This document shows, piece after piece, positions 56,402 to 64,000 of a stretch of 64,000 nt of DNA. A program made the translations under genes and the position numbers. This DNA is from Candidatus Aenigmatarchaeota archaeon (lineage in GTDB: Archaea > Aenigmatarchaeota > Aenigmatarchaeia > GW2011-AR5). The notes below the pieces were generated by a model, which was not told the DNA's origin, did no database searches, and was given only the letters and a program-made list of their open reading frames with translations. Where the stretch lies: contig JACQID010000006.1 of assembly GCA_016198685.1 (NCBI GenBank), forward strand, positions 211,111-275,110, given 5' to 3'. The stretch's first letter is position 1. Every line of letters begins with the position of its first letter.

Positions 56402-58217
56402 CAAAACGCTTACGGGCTTTGAGATAGCTCACTCACTGAGAGAAATACGGTCTATTGAGGGCTCGCATATAGAAAAAATATATCACGCAGACAGAGAGCT
56501 GGTCATATCATCGAGGGCAGGAAACTTGTATGCATTTCCCGGCGGATGTTTTTTGCTTTCGAAAAAAGAGGGCTTTGAGACACCTACGAATTTTGCCATG
56601 GTTCTTCGCAAGCACCTCAAAGGAAAGGTAATAGAGAAGATATACCAGCACGGCAGCGACCGCGTTGCAGTCTTGCAGACTGAAAACGCGTTTCTTGTAA
56701 TGGAGATGTTCCACAAGGGAAATTTCATTCTTACTGACCGGGAATGGAGGATAATAATGCCCATGGAATTCCAGCGCTGGAAGGATCGGGCAATAGTGCC
56801 GAAGGAGGTTTACAAATTCCCTGAAAGTCATGACATAAGAAAGCCCGATGTGCTGCGCTCGGAAGCGTTAAAGGGCGCTGAAAGAGCGCTTGTTATAAAT
56901 GGGCTTGGCAAGTATGCAAAGGAAGCTTTGATGGAATCAAACGTGACAGCCGGAGCGCCTGACGAAGGTGCGCTTTCCAGGCTCTCCAAGACAGTCGTTT
57001 CATTCTTTGAAAGGCCGACCCTTGGCCAATTGGTGCAAGGCTCCGGCGGATATGAGGATGTGATACCGTTTCCCATGAAGATTTATGAAGGGCGCATGAA
57101 AGAAGCGCCCAGCTTTTCTGCCGCCCTTGAGAAAATAATTACGCGGCAGCGCGCTAAACAGAGCAGCGCATCTGAGAAGCGCATGGAAACTGAAAAGAGA
57201 ATACTTGAACAGCAAAAGAAAAAAGCCGAGGAATTTTCAGCGAAGGAAAAGGAACAGAAGAGAAAGGCTGAGATACTTGAACGTAATTATCCTGATGCGG
57301 AAATGCTGTTGAATGATGGAGGCGCGCTCAAGAAAGCAGGGAAGCTTGCTGAAGCGCAGGCGTTATTGGGGCCAAGAGTCATGGCCACAAACGCGAAAAA
57401 GCCGTCCTTGACATTGCGCTTTGAATCTGAAGACATAGAGCTTTTATTGTCAAAGCCGCTGCAGAAGAACGTCGCGGATTACCATGAGAAGGCGAAGTTC
57501 TACAGAAAGAAAGTGGACAACATTGCCAAGGAGATGGGAAAAGTTCTTGACAGGATGAATACGATTGAAATAAAGCAGAAGCAGCGCGAAGCCAAAGTGC
57601 ATGAAAACAGATGGTACGGCAAATACAGGCACTTCTTCACGTCAGACGGCTTCCTTGTCGTGTCCGGCAAGGATGCGATTACCAACGAGAATCTCGTGAA
57701 GAAGCATCTTGAACAAAGAGATACCGTTCTGCATGCAGAAATCCACGGCGCCGCATTCACTGTGATAAAGGCGGGCGACGCGCCGGCTCCAAGCGAGCAG
57801 GCGATAAAAGAAGCCGCGCAGTTCGCAGCGTGCTACTCAAAAGCCTGGGCAATGGGGCTAGGGTCGGTTGATGTGTATTGGGTCACGCCAGAGCAGGTTG
57901 ACAAGACTCCGAATGCAGGGGAGCATCTTTCAAAAGGCTCTTTCATGATCCATGGAAAAAAGAATTATCTCAAGGGAACGCGGCTTGCGCTCGCGTGCGG
58001 CATAATTGACGGCAAGGTTTCGGTCGTGCCGCTCGAAACCGCAGGCAGGAAGACGCCAAAGCATATTGTCATAATGCCGGGCGACACCGAAGCCAAACGC
58101 CTCTCGAAAAGGGTCATGGATAAATTAAAAGAAGTCTGCTCAAAATCCGAGCAAGGCATTCTTGAAGGCGCGAGGATCGATGCAATGATCCCGGCGGGGC
58201 GAGGAGCGTTAGGCTAG
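56394..58217 (+). CDS. rqcH: Rqc2/NEMF (NFACT) ribosome quality-control protein
   Basis: FAMVLRKHL, GNFIL, WYGKYRHF, GKDAITNE, HA..HGA, KGSFMIHG. Confidence 0.92.
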   Translation: MNDKTLTGFEIAHSLREIRSIEGSHIEKIYHADRELVISSRAGNLYAFPGGCFLLSKKEGFETPTNFAMVLRKHLKGKVIEKIYQHGSDRVAVLQTENAFLVMEMFHKGNFILTDREWRIIMPMEFQRWKDRAIVPKEVYKFPESHDIRKPDVLRSEALKGAERALVINGLGKYAKEALMESNVTAGAPDEGALSRLSKTVVSFFERPTLGQLVQGSGGYEDVIPFPMKIYEGRMKEAPSFSAALEKIITRQRAKQSSASEKRMETEKRILEQQKKKAEEFSAKEKEQKRKAEILERNYPDAEMLLNDGGALKKAGKLAEAQALLGPRVMATNAKKPSLTLRFESEDIELLLSKPLQKNVADYHEKAKFYRKKVDNIAKEMGKVLDRMNTIEIKQKQREAKVHENRWYGKYRHFFTSDGFLVVSGKDAITNENLVKKHLEQRDTVLHAEIHGAAFTVIKAGDAPAPSEQAIKEAAQFAACYSKAWAMGLGSVDVYWVTPEQVDKTPNAGEHLSKGSFMIHGKKNYLKGTRLALACGIIDGKVSVVPLETAGRKTPKHIVIMPGDTEAKRLSKRVMDKLKEVCSKSEQGILEGARIDAMIPAGRGALG

Positions 58218-58501
58218 TCATTTGTTCGGTAGGGCGAGGAGGCTTTTCTCCATGTCTGCCTGCTGCGGGTCTGCATTTCCCGGACTTTTATTCCGTATAA
58301 ATCGACAAAATCTTTTCCTGTAAATTCGCCGTCATGGCTGATGTTGCCGATTATATAATCAATGACTGCCGGCGTGTTCACGGCCGGAAGCGTTATTTCC
58401 GGGTTCGAATTATTTCGGAAAGCAATGTTTCTGAGACTGTCGTCTGTCAATACATATTCGAGAAGCAGCTGCGCCTTTACCTGTATGTCATATCTTTTCA
58501 T
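58214..58501 (-). CDS. Hypothetical protein
   Basis: 95 aa, co-oriented downstream of tmk. Confidence 0.55.
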   Translation of the reverse strand: MKRYDIQVKAQLLLEYVLTDDSLRNIAFRNNSNPEITLPAVNTPAVIDYIIGNISHDGEFTGKDFVDLYGIKVREMQTRSRQTWRKASSPYRTND

Positions 58502-58522
58502 GATTATTATGCCGTGTTTGAT

Positions 58523-59098
58523 TCATTTATTGATATTTTCTATGATCTCCGCGATTTCCTTGTGTATATGATCCATTTTCCTGTTGCCGTTTATGATATG
58601 CGAATTGGGAAATTCCTTGAGCAATGCAATATAATTCTCGCGTATCTTTTTTAATTTGCCTATTTCTTCGAAAAGTTCGATATGCTGGCGGCTCTTGCCT
58701 ATGCGTTCCATGCATATCTCAGGCTGGGTATCAACGAAGAATGTCAGGTCAGGCTTTCTGAATGCCGAATTTATTTTCTTTATGATTTCAAGGCTGACGT
58801 CAACGCTTCCGAAGGCATAAGTTGAAAGAATATAACGGTCGGATATCACTATCTTTCCGTCCTTGAGCGCCGGCTCTATTTCCTTGTCAAGATGATGCGC
58901 CCTGTCAGCCGCAAAGAGCATCTGCAGCGCAAGAGAAGAAGTCTTCCATTCATGGCGCAGGCACGATTTTATCAGCCCGCCGATCAGCCCGTCTGTCGGC
59001 TCTTTCGTGAGAAGCGCCCTGCCCGCGAAATAATTTTTCAGCAGGCCTGCCTGCGTCGTTATTCCTGACCCGTCGAGGCCTTCAAGGACTATGAACAT
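58523..59098 (-). CDS. tmk: Thymidylate kinase
   Basis: FIVLEGLDGSGITT, LFAADR, SDRY. Confidence 0.93.
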   Translation of the reverse strand: MFIVLEGLDGSGITTQAGLLKNYFAGRALLTKEPTDGLIGGLIKSCLRHEWKTSSLALQMLFAADRAHHLDKEIEPALKDGKIVISDRYILSTYAFGSVDVSLEIIKKINSAFRKPDLTFFVDTQPEICMERIGKSRQHIELFEEIGKLKKIRENYIALLKEFPNSHIINGNRKMDHIHKEIAEIIENINK

Positions 59099-59380
59099 AA
59101 AAGACAATGCGCCTGAAGAATTAAATGCTTATTCCGATAAAGCCCGCAATGGTTGTTCTGCTTCGGAAGGCACCGGCATTTTTTCAATGAACGCATCAAA
59201 GTAATGGCCATAAGAAATGATCGGGGATTGCGTTGTAGGAATAATCCGAATATTCCGAGACAACGTTTTCTGTAAGAGTTGGTTATCGGGAAAGAAGTTT
59301 GATAGACAGTCTGATTTGAAGAAACGGTTATAAAAACCGTTATAAGACGGCGTAAAGGCGCCTGCAGACTCTAATATTTG

Positions 59381-61222
59381 TCAATTTTTCCAGAATTCCC
59401 GTATCTCGCGCTCAGGCGTGTCCGTTACCGTGAACTTGAAGTCCGATGGGAAGACCTTGCGGTAGTTGCCCCAGAGGAAGCGCTCGTCCATGAAGATGCA
59501 CACGCCGCGGTCGTTCTCCGTGCGGATGCACCTTCCTGCGGCTTGTATTGTCCGAATCATCGCAGGATATGAATATCCGTAGTCCCAGCCGCGGCTGAAT
59601 TTCAGGTCATAATAATCTATCAGCGATTTTGTTTCGAGATCAGGGCGCTCAAGAGGAATGCCGACGACGATGACGCCGTTGAGAAAATCACCTGCAAGGT
59701 CTATGCCCTCGCTAAAGGAGCCTGCCTGAACGCCGAGAAGGACCGCGCCCGTCTTGTGCATTGACACGAACTGGTTATACAGGGCTTTGCGCCCCTCTTT
59801 GTCGGCTTCCCGTTCTTCAAGAAGCGCGGGCTTTGCCATGGTGTTCTTTATCATGGGATAAATCGCGTCCCTGAATGCGTATGAAGGGAAGAATACTGCG
59901 CAATTGCCTTTCACGGCATTCACGCATGATGAAATATACGATGCAATTTTACGATACGTGTCGTCAGTGCGCTGGGAATACTTTGTAGTGATGCCCGGAA
60001 CGATGAGATTAAGGCGGTTCTCCTTTTTGAACGGCGAGTCATAGCTTTTCATCCCAGCGCCCTCAGGAAGCCCGAGGATGTTGCGGTACATCTCCTGGGG
60101 GAACAGAGTTCCGGACATGAGTATTGTTGAATGCGACCTCGTTATTATCTCCTTTGTGTACATTGCCGGATCAAGGCAGGCAAGCGATAACGTCACAAAA
60201 GATTTGCCAGAGCGCGCCAGTTCTTTTCGTATTATCCTTGCATAGCCTTCTTCTGCAAGAGACCACGAATCCATGAATTTGAGAAGCGATGCAACATAGG
60301 ATCTCTTTCTCTGCTTCGCTGCATATTGGGCCGCACTATCGAGGGTTTCTGTCATGGAGTCAAAGCTGCCGACGCGCCTTTCAACTTCCTTCAAAAAATC
60401 CTCCTTGGAAATATAGCCTTCTTTTTCATGGAGTTTGACCATGCCGTTAAGCGCGTTATATATCTCGCCTGCAATATTTGCAGCCTCTGGCATGCCTGCG
60501 AGCTTGGCTTCCTTCTCCGCATTAAGCAGGGAGAATGTCGTGATCTTCTGCGACATAAGGTCACGTACACGCGAAGGCAGGTTATGCGCTTCATCGACTA
60601 TGAAAATAATATCTTCGGGTTCCTTCTTTATTCTCGCAAGCGTTGCAGCCCGGGCAGGCGAGAATATATGATAGTAATCCGCGATTATCACAGTGCTCGA
60701 TTTTGCAGCCTCCATAAGCAATTCGTACGAGCAAAAGCTTGCGGAAAATTTCCTCTTGAATTCTTCGGCATGCAGAAATTCGTTGTTGAGCACCCTTAGC
60801 GCGGCTTTGGCCCTTTCAGTGACTGTGCGGTCGTCAGTTCTGACCGCTTTATAAAACGGGCACCTTTCATCTTTGACCATAGAGCGGCAGAAATCTGTGA
60901 ATTCGGACGTTGAGAAGTCAGAAACTTCCATGGAACACAGCCATTTCTTGCCTATCATGTCAGCAACCCGGAATTCGGCGTGCTCGCGGAGCTTCTTCAG
61001 CGTCTCCAAGGCTATTTCATGTTGGCTATGCCGTGGTGTCAGGAAAAATATAGTCTTGCCGTTCTGCAGCGCATATTCCAGCGCAGGCGAGAGGGAAGCC
61101 GCAGTCTTGCCAAGGCCCGTAGGCGCATTGGCTATAAGATGCTTCTTTTCTTCAATGGCATGGCGCACATCGTCCATGAACTGCTTTTGCTGGGGGCGAA
61201 TTGAAGAAAACGGAAAGAGCAT
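59381..61222 (-). CDS. xpd: XPD/Rad3 Fe-S DNA helicase
   Basis: APTGLGKT, four Fe-S Cys, DEAH, SGTL, QAAGRCIR. Confidence 0.95.
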   Translation of the reverse strand: MLFPFSSIRPQQKQFMDDVRHAIEEKKHLIANAPTGLGKTAASLSPALEYALQNGKTIFFLTPRHSQHEIALETLKKLREHAEFRVADMIGKKWLCSMEVSDFSTSEFTDFCRSMVKDERCPFYKAVRTDDRTVTERAKAALRVLNNEFLHAEEFKRKFSASFCSYELLMEAAKSSTVIIADYYHIFSPARAATLARIKKEPEDIIFIVDEAHNLPSRVRDLMSQKITTFSLLNAEKEAKLAGMPEAANIAGEIYNALNGMVKLHEKEGYISKEDFLKEVERRVGSFDSMTETLDSAAQYAAKQRKRSYVASLLKFMDSWSLAEEGYARIIRKELARSGKSFVTLSLACLDPAMYTKEIITRSHSTILMSGTLFPQEMYRNILGLPEGAGMKSYDSPFKKENRLNLIVPGITTKYSQRTDDTYRKIASYISSCVNAVKGNCAVFFPSYAFRDAIYPMIKNTMAKPALLEEREADKEGRKALYNQFVSMHKTGAVLLGVQAGSFSEGIDLAGDFLNGVIVVGIPLERPDLETKSLIDYYDLKFSRGWDYGYSYPAMIRTIQAAGRCIRTENDRGVCIFMDERFLWGNYRKVFPSDFKFTVTDTPEREIREFWKN

Positions 61223-61276
61223 TCCATGAGTTTTGTTCGGAAACTTAAATACCGGAAGAGAGCGAAGGGAAAGTGA

Positions 61277-61594
61277 TTAGCTTGTTTCTTCATCAATCCA
61301 CTTGAGATATTCCTCATTCCCGCCGGCTATCTGCCAAGCGGTTATGCATGCGACGGCATCAGGATGCAGGGACATGACTTTCTGTTTGAGCGCTGAAAGC
61401 AGTGAATTTCGTGTCTTCGCAATCATGGCATATTCACCCTGCTTAATCATCTTGCCTTCCCAGCGATAGACTGATTTTACAGGGAAGAAATTGACGCATG
61501 CTGCAAGGCGGCTTTCGACAAGCGATTCGGCAATGTTTGAAGCTTCAGCCTCAGACGGGACAATAATATATACAGAAATATGCCCGTTTTTCAT
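61277..61594 (-). CDS. cutA: CutA divalent-cation tolerance protein
   Basis: LAACVN, SVYRWEG, LHP, YLKWI. Confidence 0.92.
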   Translation of the reverse strand: MKNGHISVYIIVPSEAEASNIAESLVESRLAACVNFFPVKSVYRWEGKMIKQGEYAMIAKTRNSLLSALKQKVMSLHPDAVACITAWQIAGGNEEYLKWIDEETS

Positions 61595-61652
61595 AAACTA
61601 TCTTTCCAAACAGGTTTTATAAACCTTGCCGTTGATAGAAATAAGTGATATT

Positions 61653-61925
61653 ATGGTAAGAAAATCTTATGGTAAAATGAGGGGCACGCGCTTTAAGATG
61701 CAAGGCAAGATTAAGCCTACCGTAAACAAGTTTTTGGAAGAATTTCAGCCAGGCGAAAAAGTGCATATTGATTTTTCATCCCATACCGGGGTTCCGAACC
61801 CGAAATTCCAGGGCAGGACAGGAACCATACTTACCCGCAGAGGGAACGGATATGAGATTCAGGTTACGGATATGGACGCTGTCAAGAAGATATACCTCAA
61901 GCCTGAGCATCTGAAGAAGGCATAA
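61653..61925 (+). CDS. rpl21e: 50S ribosomal protein L21e
   Basis: G.TR, PNPKFQGRTG, PEHLK. Confidence 0.94.
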   Translation: MVRKSYGKMRGTRFKMQGKIKPTVNKFLEEFQPGEKVHIDFSSHTGVPNPKFQGRTGTILTRRGNGYEIQVTDMDAVKKIYLKPEHLKKA

Positions 61926-61927
61926 TT

Positions 61928-62257
61928 ATGGAAATAATTGCAGAAGACGATATGGACAGGCACGACGCCAAGGCAGTGATGGAGGCGCGTGCTGCGGTCA
62001 AGGAACTCATTTACGAGCAGAAGATTTGCCTCGAATACCTTCAGAAACTGCCTTCACTTAATGATGTGAAACTTAGGCAGCTCAGGGAAGACCTGGCCAA
62101 GATTGCGATATTGAAGCCAAGGTACATAGCCTTGATAACCAGCCTTCTGCCTAACACTGATGAGGAAGTCGACGCCCTTTTCATGAAAGAAAGGACGAAC
62201 CTCAAGAAGGAAGAAATCCACCAGATAGCCGAGATCGTCAAGAAGTATGCCGGTTAA
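61928..62257 (+). CDS. rpoF: RNA polymerase subunit F (Rpo4)
   Basis: YEQKICLEY, LLP..EEV; rpl21e-rpoF-DUF655 order. Confidence 0.88.
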   Translation: MEIIAEDDMDRHDAKAVMEARAAVKELIYEQKICLEYLQKLPSLNDVKLRQLREDLAKIAILKPRYIALITSLLPNTDEEVDALFMKERTNLKKEEIHQIAEIVKKYAG

Positions 62258-62366
62258 GGTAATTTCGTTTCGGCTTTGTTCTTAGTTTCATTGTAAAACC
62301 AGGGCAAAATCAACGTATTTAAACCGTAAAAAGTATGTAATATGAGGATTAAGATGGGCGATATGT

Positions 62367-62933
62367 ATGATGAAGGAAGAGAATTGCATAGTTTTGGACT
62401 TTTTGCCTCACGGCTACGCCGACAGGAGGCACGCAGAACCGGTAGCCCAAGCCGTAGGAACTAGTTTTTTCACTCTATTGGAGATTATACCAAGGGAAGG
62501 GACGGATTTTACCCAAGGCGAAAACATCTACATCGGCGAAGGGAAGCGTGACAAGGTTCGTTTTATTAAGGGACAGATAGAATATAAGGATCTTACGAAT
62601 ATGGGCCAAAATTACCTTGAAGACGCAGTAAAAGCCATAGTTGAAGCCAATGAGGCAAGATTTATCGATTTCTTTAATAAATCAGGTCCAGTCACTCCAA
62701 GAATGCACAAATTCCAGCTTTTGCCCGGCATAGGAAGCAAGCACATGCAGGCCATGCTAGCTGAGAGGGCCAAGAAGCTTTTCGCATCGTTCAAGGACAT
62801 TGAGGAACGCGTCAAGCTGTTCCCTGACCCTAAGAAGACAATAATAAGGCGCATACTGCAGGAGCTCAAAGATGATGAGAAATACTATCTCTTTGTCTCC
62901 AAACCGCAGAAAAAAGAGCAGCAGCGCTACTAA
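62367..62933 (+). CDS. DUF655 putative RNA-binding protein
   Basis: VLDFLPHG, FFTLLE, RMHKFQLLPGIG. Confidence 0.92.
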   Translation: MMKEENCIVLDFLPHGYADRRHAEPVAQAVGTSFFTLLEIIPREGTDFTQGENIYIGEGKRDKVRFIKGQIEYKDLTNMGQNYLEDAVKAIVEANEARFIDFFNKSGPVTPRMHKFQLLPGIGSKHMQAMLAERAKKLFASFKDIEERVKLFPDPKKTIIRRILQELKDDEKYYLFVSKPQKKEQQRY

Positions 62934-62996
62934 TTTTTGCCGCTTGTGTTTCTATTTCAGGGGAAACTATAAATTCGGAGAAGCAGAAGTAATGCC

Positions 62997-63461
62997 ATGG
63001 CTTACGGCGTGGACTGGGATAAGATCATCGCGCAACCTGAGAAAAAGCGAAACAAGCACAGGAACGCCATCATCGCACTTGCCTTTCTTGCAATCATAAC
63101 CATGGCGGGATATTATCTTGCGCCTGAAGAAGGGAACGGTCCGCTTCAAAGCACAACGGTGACGACAAGCAATGACTTGAAAAGCGATCCTTGCGATTTT
63201 TATCTTTCGGATAATAACGGAGTCACGTGCAACGAGGGCTTAATCAAGGCAACAGAAAGATACCCAGGCACGGTAAAATCCGCCACGTTGACAAATTCAG
63301 ACGAGCTTGGAATGCCGCAGAGCGGGATACCATACTGGAGAATTGTCATAGCTTTATCCAGTCCCTTAACTTATGGGGATGAAAGAATCAATGGAGAAAT
63401 AGAAGTGCTTGTTGACAGAAGCCAGGGAAGAGCCAGATTATACAAGTATTCAAGCGCATGA
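62997..63461 (+). CDS. Membrane-anchored hypothetical protein (PepSY-like C-terminus)
   Basis: Single TM then YWRIVI...EVLVDRSQG. Confidence 0.65.
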   Translation: MAYGVDWDKIIAQPEKKRNKHRNAIIALAFLAIITMAGYYLAPEEGNGPLQSTTVTTSNDLKSDPCDFYLSDNNGVTCNEGLIKATERYPGTVKSATLTNSDELGMPQSGIPYWRIVIALSSPLTYGDERINGEIEVLVDRSQGRARLYKYSSA

Positions 63462-63463
63462 TT

Positions 63464-64000
63464 ATGAGAACCATATATTATTTTGGGATAGCATCGTTGA
63501 TTCTAATATTCTCAGGAATATCGTTCGCAGGGGGCAGTTGCACGATCGTTGACTACGGCTCAAGCCCCACTGTTTGCGATCGTTGCGATGCAGGCTCAAG
63601 TGATCATAGCCATTGCACGTACGACGCAAGCTTTGGTGAATGGCAATGCAGCCAATGCAATCTGCTGTCATGCGGGGCCGCTGACGGGAATTCAAACACG
63701 AATTGCTATAACGTACCATGTTCTGCATTGAGCAGCTGTGCATCAACATCATCCTGCACATGCGCGGGATTGCCGGCAACGCCATACGCCTGCTCGGGCA
63801 CATGCAGCGGAATCGCCCCAACCACTACGTCAACCACAACAACGACTACCACAACAAGCACCACAACCACTACATCAAGCACCACGACAACCCTGCCGGG
63901 TGCAACGTGCACTGAAGGCCTTGTGTGCATTAGCGGTGACGCTTATTACCAGTACAGTGATTGCAGGCGCGATATAGACGAGAGATGCAACGGCCGCGGC
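63464..64000 (+). CDS. Secreted Cys-rich protein with Thr/Ser linker, 3'-truncated (not in ORF track)
   Basis: MRTIYYFGIASLILIFSGISFA leader, 14 Cys before a poly-Thr/Ser tract, 4 more after; no stop to window end. Confidence 0.85.
   Translation, partial: MRTIYYFGIASLILIFSGISFAGGSCTIVDYGSSPTVCDRCDAGSSDHSHCTYDASFGEWQCSQCNLLSCGAADGNSNTNCYNVPCSALSSCASTSSCTCAGLPATPYACSGTCSGIAPTTTSTTTTTTTTSTTTTTSSTTTTLPGATCTEGLVCISGDAYYQYSDCRRDIDERCNGRG

Noticed and set aside
59129-59340. Stop-free minus-strand frame in the xpd-tmk gap
   Set aside because: No start codon found and no recognisable similarity
63820-63900. ACN-rich tandem repeat as a separate DNA repeat
   Set aside because: Explained by poly-Thr coding with varied third positions
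57-63977. Numerous 60-220 aa ORFs antisense to or out of frame with the called genes
   Set aside because: Shadow ORFs fully overlapping well-supported genes, with no motifs

Overview
Archaeal chromosome segment, most likely from a DPANN lineage (inferred from the fused PriS-PriL primase, compact genes and class III signal peptides; exact phylum not determinable here). It is dominated by information-processing genes: about 14 ribosomal proteins, RNAP subunits D/N/K/F, aIF2alpha/beta, ABCE1, RNase P proteins, Cbf5/Nop10, DNA ligase, RFC-L, GINS, primase, XPD, NreA, Nth, AlkD, Smc-ScpAB, Rqc2/NEMF and ArgRS, plus two intron-containing tRNAs (Leu-TAA, Ser-GGA). Best candidates for undescribed biology: (1) a divergent 9-gene cluster of unknown function at 6.2-13.5 kb (NTase-HEPN fusion, TIM-barrel protein, 602-aa helical protein, membrane proteins, Nudix, tandem paralogues); (2) an HTH-ACT regulator divergent from a HUP/class-I-synthetase-like orphan, a lone PLP threonine-synthase-like enzyme and ArgRS at 17.4-21.5 kb; (3) a 35-bp direct repeat flanking a 40-bp insert inside a gene, resembling an ectopic CRISPR spacer integration; (4) a natural short-armed SMC behind an RHH regulator; (5) a twin-hairpin element resembling IS200/IS605 ends. 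Several real short genes are missing from the ORF track (rpl24e, nop10, trm112, an RHH protein and a terminal Cys-rich protein). No cas genes, transposases or rRNA genes were seen. All family calls come from motif recognition by eye; no searches were run.
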